A stretch of 57,586 nt of DNA, counting the filler, from Basidioascus undulatus (taxonomy: Eukaryota), in assembly GCA_000826855.1 (NCBI GenBank). It is 4 parts of 4 records of this genome, joined end to end, with 100 filler letters (N's around TTAATTAATTAA, not from the genome) between each part and the next. Parts side by side here need not be neighbours in the genome. Positions count along the whole stretch, not along the records: positions 1 to 29,486 come from JTLS01000127.1; 3 more parts are not named here. The stretch is one strand, 5' to 3'. Positions 1-10,180 of this stretch are shown piece after piece (the first letter of the stretch is position 1; each line of letters begins with the position of its first letter). The notes beneath the pieces were generated by a model. That model was not told the DNA's origin. It ran no database searches and saw only the letters and a list, made by a program, of their open reading frames with translations. The position numbers and the translations under genes were made by a program.

Positions 1-204
1 TTGTCGCTGTCGTACTCGTGCTTCTTCTCCTATTGGGAAGGGGGTCAGGGTGATACCTCAAGGTGGATGAGCTGAAAAATCGACTGCACCTTCTTCGGAG
101 CGACCTTCTTCTTGGCCTTCTCGTCGTCGCTCTTGTCGCTGTCGTACTCGTGCTTCTTCTCCTATTGGGAAGGGGGTCAGTGATACCTCAAGGTGGATGA
201 GCTC
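1..204. repeat. Tandem duplication of an exon plus intron 3' end (period about 132 bp)
   Basis: TTGTCGCTGTCGTACTCGTGCTTCTTCTCCTATTGGGAAGGGGGTCAG..TGATACCTCAAGGTGGATGAGCT occurs at 1-73 and 133-203, nearly identical including intronic bases. Confidence 0.9.
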
Positions 205-728
205 ATATGGAAATGAGACATTGTCTGCTCTACCTTCTTCCCCTCCACCTTGGCCTGGCGGGGGGGCATCGAACGCTTGTCCTTCTTGCCGCCGCCCTTG
301 CCAAAGTGGCCGAAGTTGGCGTGCTCGAACTCGGAGAGAGTGAACTGGAGGTCGGTCTGCGCAATGTCAAAGGCTGTCAGATACGTTGCACATCACATAG
401 TGGAGCGGAGGAATGGCCCGCTCACGTCCACTCTGTTCCTGATGTTCACGGGCTGCTCCTTCTTCTCCTTCTGCTTCTTCTCCTTCTTCTCTGCGCGCTT
501 CTCTTTCTTGCCGTGGCCGAGCTTGCCGAACTTGGCGTGCTCAAACTCGGAGAGAGTGAATTCGAGGTTCGTGTCGACAGCGTTCCTGATGTTCACCGGC
601 TGATCCTTCTTCTGAGCGCGGGCCTGGACGCCCGACGAGGCCGAGGCCGGGCCGGAGAGGAGCGGGACGGCGATGGCGCCGGCAGAGAGAGTGAGGATGG
701 TGAGGGAGAAGGTGGCGGTGGACCGCAT
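1..728 (-). CDS. Secreted repeat-containing protein with dibasic (KR/KK) sites, Kex2-processed repeat protein (KEP)-like; 3' end lies outside the window
   Basis: ATG at 728, followed by a hydrophobic signal peptide MRSTATFSLTILTLSAGAIA. Exons 728-426, 356-234, 161-90 and 29-<1 splice in frame through GT..AG introns. Two copies of QPVNIRNxVDTxLxFTLSEFEHAxFG each end in KK(E/D)KR, followed by repeated EKKHEYDSDK exons. Confidence 0.75.
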
Positions 729-1811
729 TGTGATGGGTATGTAGGGGTATGGGGTGTATAAAGTGAGGGGTATAGGGTATAGGATTAGGGTATGAAGTAG
801 TATTAAAGCGGGGTATACAGAAAGCAAGAGAAGGATGAGATGATGGGATGTGAAGATAGGCCGCAGGCCAGGCGCCTTATATTCGCGTGCGAGCGGGTGG
901 CACCCCAGAGAGGCGGACACAATAACATGGCGAGTTGTGCACGGGGGCTCGCCTATACCCTGCGGCTGTTCCCCAGTATGTGCTTGGTGGGCTATTGTGG
1001 CCGGGTCTTGCCCCTCGCCTGCCGAAGGGGTAAGCCTCGTCGGAAGGGGCGCAGTGCAAGGATGCAAGCGATCAGCGGGCCACTCCGATCATCGGATGTA
1101 GTCGATTACACATCTTCTGACATGCCAAGAAACTGGCTGAAAGTTCTCAGAATCGGACTCGAGATGGCCAGTGAGAAGGCTGTGAAGATCGAAGCGGTCG
1201 CTTGCCAGCTACCGGTGATCCGAAGCACAGGAGAATTTCTTCTGAATGAGGCTTGAAGGAGAATTAAAATTGTAGAACATAACATCCGTCTCTTCCTGAT
1301 CCAAGTGCCACACTTGTGAATGCTGGAACGCCTGAGCCGAGGCTGGCGCCCTGGCGCCGGAATGGAAGACGCAGCCGGTTTCTGAATGCAGCGGCCCTTC
1401 CGTTCACTGTCTTACATTATAGTGACGACCCAAACAATCAGTATCAGTATAACACAGAAAGAAACGATCTATGAAAAGGCAATCTATTGCATGAATTTGA
1501 ACGCACCGTCGTGTACCATGGACGATTCCTTCCTTCCCGGGATCAAGCTCCCAGCAATACGACTTTCTCTTTTCTGGTCTACCCTCTTTAAAGGATTCTT
1601 TGCTCTACAGGCATCTTTTATTGTCAGAACAATTCTCGCTACACGCCTTGAGCATCGAAAGGTCGATACCTCTTTGGGCGCTCTCGAGGAAACTGACGTC
1701 ATGTGACCTTTGGGGCCCGCTAAGATGTGCCTTATCTCCGTAGGGCGCCAGACGCGACTTGCATTGCGCCTTTGAGCTCCTCTCACTTCCACTCCCGAAT
1801 CTCCCATAACC

Positions 1812-2639
1812 ATGCTCTCCCGTACCGCATTCACCGCCCGCGCCGTCGCTCTACGTACGCGCATGTTCAGCACCGCCTCCATTGTTTCCAGGAAGAAGCG
1901 TGCGTTTCCCCAGCTTCCCCTATGGTCCCTTGGCTCGTCTCGGCTCACGCGACGCGTCAAACAGACGACCCGTCTATCGATCCCCCCAAGCGCCCCGGGA
2001 GCGCGTACCAGCTCTGGTACATCCAGAAGGTTAAGGATCTCAAGAAGCCCGACGAGAAGCTCAATGTTCGGGAGGCGGCCAAGCAGCTTGCCGAGCAGTG
2101 GAAGTCGGTGGCCGAGTCCGAGAAGCAGGTTGGTCGTGCCCGATTGCATCACCTCCGACCTCCGAGACGCGTATTGAACCTGTGCGTACCATTTGCGGGG
2201 AGCAGAAGCTCGAGCAGGCGGCCCAGAAGGCCAAGGAGGAGTGGCACGAAGCCGTCGCGTCGTGGTACGCTGCCCTTGCGCCCGGCCAGCTCAAGGAGAT
2301 CAACGCCTCGCGGAAGGCGGAGGGCAAGTCGGCACTCAAGGACCCGAACGCCGTCAAGCGCCCGCTGTCCGCGTACATGCGCTTCGTGAAGGACGTGCGC
2401 TCCCAGATCGACGCGGAGCAGGAGGGCGCCGGTCTCGAGCGCGCACGCAAGGTCGCATCGGAGGCGGGTAAGCGCTGGAAGGCCCTGAGCGAGCGCGAGC
2501 AGGAGGTGGGTGCTTGCGTGCTTGACTTGTGCGGTGACCGACGCCGAAGCTTATATGGAGTGCGCCCGGCGAGCAGGAGTACAGGGCTGCCTACCAGGCC
2601 GAGAAGGAGGAGTATGACCTGAAGACGGGCAAGACTTGA
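1812..2639 (+). CDS. ABF2: Mitochondrial double HMG-box DNA-packaging protein (Abf2/TFAM-like)
   Basis: Arg/Ser/Ala-rich presequence MLSRTAFTARAVALRTRMFST. Two HMG boxes: PPKRPGSAYQLW...LAEQWKSV and DPNAVKRPLSAYMRF...AGKRWKALS. Four exons; TGA at 2637-2639. Confidence 0.8.
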
Positions 2640-2892
2640 GAAGGGAAATTGCCGTAGTTGTCGCGTCGTGCTGGACACCCTCGCATTCAATTGCTTGCAT
2701 CTAAGATCAACTGTAATTCTTTGCCTACGTCGCCTGTCGAATGTACTCTTGGGCATGATGATTGCGAGCGTGTGTGAACGCCATGGTAGACATGTGCGCG
2801 TCGCGTCTGACAAGTCGAGCGGCGAGAATCCGACATTGCCTCTTGCTTCCGAACCACCGCCTGCTCGTCCTCCGAACCTCGCATCGACCACG

Positions 2893-5862
2893 ATGCCATC
2901 CAAAAAGACGACCAAGGCGACTTCGTCATCGTCGTCGTCGTCCAAGCCCGGCGCACCAAAGGTTAAGTCCAAGGCCGGCTCCGATCCGAAGCAGAAGCCG
3001 CTCTCCTTCGCGAGCCCTTCAACCTCTGCTGGAGGCATATCAGCGTCGGGAAAGCCGCTCAAGTCTTTGTCCAGCGTGCGTTTACCGGCTTTCCTACTCC
3101 ATATTGTTATGTGACATGGGACTGAGGCGCAGCGAGGATCGCCAGTTCAAGCCCTCCTTTGCCGCCGCGACGCCCTCCCCGTCCGCTTCGCCCGCGCCCT
3201 CGCCGGCTCACAAGGGCAAGGGCAAGGGCAAGTCGAAGGCGGAGGTGAATGATCTCACGACGGAGTCCGGTGAGCTTCCCATGTGCTCTCTCCTCTGGCG
3301 GCAGAGCTCATCCCGGCCTGCCACACAGCGGACGACCACCAGCTCTGGTCGGAGCGGTACGAGCCCGTCTCCCGCGCTGAGCTCGCTATCCACGCAAGGA
3401 AGATCAAGGACGTCGAGACGTGGCTGAACGAGGCGCTGGATCCGAAGCTTGCGAAATACCGTGTGAGTGCTGGGCTCTTTCCCTCTCCGAAAAGTGTTGG
3501 GCGCACCTGCGATGCTGAGACGATTGCGGGACCAACAGAGAATACTTGTCTTGACGGGAACGGCGGGCGCGGGGAAGACGGCGACCGTGCAGGTCCTCGC
3601 GAAGGAGATGGGGCTGGAGGTGGTCGAGTGGACTAACGGGCTTTCGGAGCGGTTCGAGGATGGGGGTTCGGGATGGGGTGAGTCCATCAGCTCTCTTGAG
3701 GGTCGTTACGCCGAGGCTGATAGGCGGAGAGCACACACCAGAGTCTCTCTCATCCAAGTTCACGTCCTTCCTTTCCCGCTCGACTTCCTACTCCGCCCTC
3801 TCCCTCTCCGCCTCCCCAAAGAAGCCTCCCACACCCTCCGGCGCCACCCCGCCAACGACCGGACCCAGCACCTCCTCCTCCTCCTCCTCGGCCCCGCCCC
3901 GTAAGAAGCAGCTCATCCTAGTCGAGGATCTCCCGAACGTGCTCGAGTCGACGACCCGCCAAGGCGTGCACGCTGCGCTGCGCGCGCTGTGCAGCGCGAG
4001 CCGCCCCGCGGGCACGCCCGTCGTGCTCATTGTTAGCGACAGTGGGACGCGCGGCACGGGCGGGGACGCGAATGGAGGGGTCGCGGGGTGGGCGGGAAAG
4101 GACGTCGTCGATGCGAGACTCGTCGTCCCGACTGACGTGCTCGATGGGCCGTACTGTCGTTCTATTCAGTGCGTTCCCTTCTTTCCTTTGTTTCTTTACA
4201 CTCTCTATCTGTCATAGCTATAAGCTACATTTCCTGTAATTGTCTTGCAACAGATTTAACCCCATAGCGCGCACGATCCTCAAGAAGCACCTGAACCTCG
4301 TCCTGGCGCGGCACCTCTCCCACCCGGGCGCGCTCCGCCCGCCGCCGGAGGCGGTCGACCTCGTCGTCGAGACCGCAAATGGCGACATCCGCTCGGCGCT
4401 CAACGCGCTCCAGTTCGTGTGCCACCGAGGCCTGCCGGGCAGCGCGCCTGCGGGAAAGACGGGCAAGAAGAAGGTCGACGTTGCGGAGGGGAAGAAGAGG
4501 GAGATGAGGGCTGTGTGAGTGCGCTTTGCCTGGACTCGTAGGAAAGCAGGACGGACACGCTGACGCTGTTGTTGTCGCGGATGGGACGTGGATAGGCTGG
4601 AGGCGGTGACGAGGAGGGAGCAGGCGCTGGGGCTGTTCCATAGCTTGGGGAAGGTGCTGTACAACAAGCGTACGCCCGCCTGTGCTAGACTTCAGCATCG
4701 ATGCTGACTATCTTCCTCAGGCGAAGGGGACGCGAACGAAGAGGAACCGCCGCTGCCTCCTCTCCCTGCGCCAATCCTTCCTCTCCCGGAGCACCTCTCG
4801 CAGTATGAGCGTCGTCGCTCTCGGGTTGACCCAAACGTACGTTCGACGTTATATGCGCAGCTCTTCCGAGATATCTTTCACAAAGAAACCTACGGTGGAA
4901 CAGGCGCTGTACACCGATGTTCCCGTAGACACGTCCTTCTTCTCGCTCTATCTGCACCAGAACTACCCGCCGTTCTGCGACGACGTCGACGAAGCGTGGG
5001 GCGTGATGGACGCGCTCAGCTCAGCGGACTATCTCACTCGCTCTGAAGTGGAGGTGCGCTCCCCTTCCCCTGCCTTATTTGCTCTCTCACGTACACTTCT
5101 GCGCCGCCAACTGACAAGCACCGCCCGTGCAGTGGACGCACCTCCCGCACCTAACGCCCTACGCGTTCCACTTGGTCACGCGCGGGATGCTCATGGCGCT
5201 GCCGAGCCCCGTGCCGAGGCGCAGCCAGAAGCAGACCAAGCCACGGTTCTGGGACGTCCAGCGCGAGACGAGGGTGAACGGGGAGACGGTAGCGGAGTTG
5301 GCGAGGGGCGCGGAGTGGAGCGGAGGTACGTTAGGCCTGGAGAAAAGCAAGACAAATAGGGGGAAGCTGACTGAGAGCGGGACGACGGACAGGCCAGCAG
5401 AGCGCTGGGGTGCTCGCAACGGAGATCATTCCTTTCCTGGGCCTTATAAGCCCGAAAACTACCTGTGCGTTCCATTCCAATCATTCCGTCTCGTTGAAAC
5501 ATTTTCTCGCACAGCGCTCATGGCTGTATTCCTCATTTCACATTTCAGCGCTCCACCCGCTCCTCTCCTCCCTCGCGCATTTCCCCCTCTCCACGGGCAT
5601 CGCCGCGCCCGGGGAAGCGATGGACGAGGCAGACGCCGCTGAGGACGCTGCGCTGGCCGCAGAGGAAGAGGCGGAGGAGCGCGCGAGGCAGAGGATGAAG
5701 GTGGAGGATTTGAGGGAGGCAGTGCGGGCGTTTGGCGTGGGAGTTGCGGATGAGGACGGCCTAGATGGAGGAGGGGAGGAGGGAAGGGACAGAGATGGGC
5801 AGGGAGCTGGAGATGGCGATGACTGGTGGGAAGAGGAGGGGATTGACGAGTGGGAGGATTGA
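2893..5862 (+). CDS. RAD17: Checkpoint clamp loader Rad17 (budding yeast Rad24), AAA+ family, multi-exon
   Basis: LWSERYEP..ELAIHARKI, Walker A LVLTGTAGAGKT, Walker B-like LILVEDLPN, GDIRSALNALQF, LGLFHSLGKVLYNKR and LYLHQNY motifs, plus an acidic C-terminus. Confidence 0.9.
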
Positions 5863-5963
5863 TGGACGACGGGGAGCGGTGAACGAAGGAGTCGGGATGG
5901 GGGACGCTTGTGACCGACTCGAAAGTTACCTCGATGTATTGACACGACTAATCAAACGTTTCT

Positions 5964-8900
5964 CTAGCTTGTAGCGTCACTGTTCCTATCGTCGCTGTCT
6001 GGTGCGCGTGCGTTCCAGCTGTAACCGCAGTCCGAGTGCACGCAGACGATTCGTTCTTCCTGCTCCGACCGGAGTTCATGCTTGTACGACGTTCCCGCGG
6101 TCAAGCTTAAGTAGAGTACTGACTCCCAAGCCCTCCGCCCCTTTGTTCTCAACTCTCGGCGGGAAGAGAGGACGCGCGCTCGAAGCCGCCGTGTCGGTGG
6201 ATCCAGCTGCGAACGCGTTTGCCGAAGACGTACATCGCTGAAAGTGCTCGGCCTTTTTCAGACGGTCCAAGCGACTGTGTCTCAACAATTGATCGCTTAC
6301 GGATCGTTGTCAAGCTGCAGAACACGTGTTCGAAGAGGCGAATAAGTGCCAGCGCAATCTTCTTGAGGGAAAGGAAGACATACTGTCAATCCCCGATCGT
6401 GCAGAAGGTCGAGAGCACGCCACGAGCGGCGAGCCAGTCGTTCGCCCAGAAAGTGACCAAAAAGGACATTATGGTAACGAAAACAATCAGTCAGAACTTC
6501 GGGAGAGCCGAACAGACGTATTGTGTCACGTACACGTTCTTGAAGAAGACGACAGCGCCCAAGGCCGAGCCGGACGTGTTGACAGCGAATGCAATGCTCG
6601 CGGAGCAACCGTTCGTCGCGCCCTTTTGAAATAATCAAAATCATCGCTATGGGTATGCTGGGGTACGTACGGTATGTAGACGCATCTCGGGTAGAGTGCT
6701 ACTAAGCGTGCGGGCCGTTGCTGTGGTTGCGGTTGGACTGGGGTTTAGATGTTACAGGTTAAGGTTAGGGTGATGGATATCTTTATTGAGTTGTTTGTTT
6801 GGAAAACAATGACAAAACTTTGAACAATTGAAAACAAACGAAACTCACTTTCGCAACCCTGGTGGTTGCGTTGTCCATTAGCAACCTACGCCAGGTGCGG
6901 CCGTCGCACCCGAAGTACGCTGCACTGGGCGTGTGTGAACATATGCCAGTGATAAAAGGCAACCCGGAGGGTTGCAGCAGTGAGTGTCTGTTTTGTTAAA
7001 GTTGTTCGACAATTATTCAATAATTTCCAATCAAAAGGGGAAAAAAAAACATATCCTCACACAAGACACATACACGTACCTACCTGACACACAACCCTTA
7101 CCGACCAACACACCTAACCGCATACTTACTGACATACATGACATGACACTAGCGGTACACAGTAAGACTAAAGGAGAGGTCAGGGACGTCATGTGCTACC
7201 AGTACATCGCCAGGGATGGGACGCGTCAATCGGTAGACCTGGACAACATAGAGCCTGATGCGATCGTTCCGTACAGTAAGGCAGCTGTCCTCGAGGTAGC
7301 GCTGGCCGAGATCAAGCACTTCTGCATCCCTGCGGGCGTTGTGAACCTCGCAACTGTCTTACCTTGTTCGGGGTGCATCAGATGTTCCACTAAAAAAACT
7401 TACGAAGTCGATTAGCCCGAAGAAGATGACTGTCCGATCCAATGCTGTCTGTTTGCAGGTGCGTTTCACTGTCGCCCTGGTGGGTGGAAGCTGGAAACCT
7501 ATTGTAGATGAGCGCTGATTCCCCATCCGAATAATCCTGGAATCTCGTAAGAGCACGTCAGATGAAATTGATCGGACGGGAAGTGCACACCACGCGAGGT
7601 GATCCGACGTACCCATGGATGCGAAGACGAAGCTACAGGAGGTCGAAATCGACGTTGCTGACAATTTCCGTCGACCAAAGAGAGCCCCTTACTACTAGAA
7701 CAGAACAAGAACCAGCCTAAACTCGGGCTCGAAGATCCCCTTGTTGCGCTTGCTCATTACCCGAATCGTGAAGTCGCTCAAACGGCCGGCCAGCAGTGTA
7801 ACAGCAGATGAACTGATCCCCCTCCGAATGAGCACGATACCGTGGTAAGATCTCAAAGTGAACGCGAACCAGAGGAGAGTAACTCACAGGTGCCATATAG
7901 GTGAGGCCCGTCTGAGAAGCGTTGAACAGATACGCTGCAGGGAAGGTTAGGCCGTGAGCATGGTGAGCTCTCGAGAACCGGCACAGTGGCGAAAGAAGTG
8001 CATGGACAACACACGGGGAGCGAAGAAGAGCTGCGCAACGCTCGTGGCGATGAGGACCAGCCACGTTATGCTGGCACCGTAGATGCAGCTTGCCCACTGT
8101 CAGGCCGAGCACACGCGTCAGGATCCGACCGAAGGATGTTAACTCGCCTCGTGAACGCAGACAATTGCACGCATCAGGACAACCGGGGTTGCCAGTATCG
8201 GAAAGGGCGGCCAGACAAGCTCCCATACCGAAGGCGTATTTGGTCGCACGCCGTTCCAAATCGCAAGGGATTGAAAGAAGGTCTTCTTCGGTGGCCTGTA
8301 CGGCGAAGGGCCGCTATGCTCGCGGTGTTCGGCAGCGTCCTTCAGACTTGGGGCCCCGCCAGCTTCCGTGTCCGAGCTTTGACTCACGCAGGTTAGTAGG
8401 CTACCTGCGGTCGAAGGTGGTTTCAGGCTGTCCCGGAACGTCAGAGTGTGGTTTAAGGTTACACATGAATGCGAAATACTCTCACGGTGAAGAAGAACTG
8501 TAGAACGAACAGCAACCCAGTTGCGATGGAAAAGACCCTGAAGCACCACCACCAACCGGGACCTTGGAGGATTTGTTCTGAAATGGAAGGCTGCGAAGCG
8601 GGATTAGAACTGTCGTTAATTTCTGAGGGTCTAGAGACAAGCTAATAGTGATGTTGATGCCCTGTTCGTACACATGCGTCAGCAGCCAACAGGACGAGCC
8701 TGAAGAACTGAACCCACGTTCAAAAGTGCAAGGTTCCAGAGGACGACCGGAAGACCACGCTCATGCTTGAGAGGAGATCAGCACATTGAAAACTGAGACG
8801 CTGTTAATTTGAGCTTACCACAAAGAAGACATCGGCCATGCTGTTTCCCACCACTGAGGGAACAGGGGATTCGTTATGCAGGCGCCGTGTTTGAACGGCA

Positions 8901-9783
8901 TACAGAGGATGAAGCTTACGAAACTCGAGCGCCAACTGGCCTACAGGCGTAGGCTGAATGAGATTTGGCTCTTATGGAGGTCATTGAATTCTCATTTACC
9001 AATACCCTGGAGAATACGAGCGCCCAAAAGGGTGGAGTAGGTCTTGGCCTCACCGGCCACCGAGCGTTCCAGCGAGCATGAACAGGGTCGCGCAAAAGAC
9101 CGGGCGCTTGCCGAGCTTGAATGAGCAGACACTGAATAAGGTTGTAGCAACTTCAAGTAGATCATATCAGCGAAACGCCTCTTCTGCGAGGATCGTTTGA
9201 GCATAGCTCCCATGCAAGTGTGACGACAAGAGTCGAGCCGAGAGCGCGAGATATGCCTGCAGGCTTAACCGAACTCGGCGGCAATGTTGATTTGCTAGGT
9301 GTTATGAGATGGCATAAGCCTAGGTCCTGGTCGAAATACCTACATCAGCCGATACGAGCCGTGCAAGGACGCCTGCTAGGACTGTCCCATAGACGAGAGT
9401 AGCGAAGAAGCGATACTTGGAGGCAGTGCTCCAGTTAAGAGGATCGTTAGGATCTATGGGATTGGAAGGGGTATGCAACGTCTTAGGTCCGGGATAGCAC
9501 TGTAGACCTACCTTCAGACGGCTGCCGTACCAGAATGATCTCGGAGTGCTTTCCTGTCGCATGCTTCAGCTGGCACAGGTTGACCTTACCCAGCTCAGCT
9601 GCGACGTGGGCGTTCGGATCGTCGCTGGGGTACTTCTTGAAGGTGTTTACCGTCCCGAATGCCTAATCCCATTAGAGAATAAAGTATTGCTGGCGAGCCT
9701 TGAGTGAGTAAGTTTGTGAAGTCCCAAGCAGGCTTCTCGCTCTCGTGAAAAAGACCTGTCACTCGCATCGGCACTGAAGTCAC
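5964..9783 (-). pseudogene. HOL1/DHA1-type MFS transporter pseudogene
   Basis: Motif fragments in the expected order: PSNPIDPNDPLNWS, LLGARILQGIG, KKTFFQSLAIW, FNASQTGLTY, AGRLSD..KRNKGIFEPEFRL, HWIG, PMYVFGKRVR. Lesions: frameshifts near 7430 and 6392, no AG acceptor near 6471, and a 730-bp insertion in an intron. The 5' boundary is approximate. Confidence 0.8.
6646..7375. mobile_element. Unclassified 730-bp insertion in an MFS intron, flanked by a possible 4-bp target duplication CATC
   Basis: CATC at 6642-6645 and 7376-7379. Removing the insert restores a 47-nt GT..CTGAT..AG intron joining ..GLIDF|GATNG.. in frame. Internal inverted symmetry is centred near 6915. Confidence 0.5.
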
Positions 9784-10180
9784 GCGGTTCCTGCGGCCGT
9801 GGTTTGCGACTGTCCATCAAGTGTTCATCGACTCCAAGAGGTCAAAAATGGATTAAGCTATGTAAGTCCAAATATCTGAAGCTCCGGGGTGATGAGTCTC
9901 ATTCCTATCATGTGGACATTGCCGCGTGCAAACGGGTGCAGGTGATCCTGCTGCAGTCCACACAAGTCCACAGCTTAAAGGTTTTGGCAGATATATGCTG
10001 TCTGGTGGGCCATTCCTGATCACCGGGGGATATGGCGACGGCAGTGTGAAGCCAACAGGATCAAAGGTAGGTTGAGCGGAGGGCCGGCCTCGCTTGGCCG
10101 GTCAATCGGACGTGCTTCATATTGTGTCGTCGCACAGCATTGCATCTGGTCCTCTTCCTTCTCTCTCCCAGTCCATCAGA

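Noticed and set aside
6757..6770. GGTTAAGGTTAGGG as an interstitial telomere or telomere fusion
   Set aside because: Only one perfect TTAGGG is present; it is better explained by the general G/T bias of the insertion arm.
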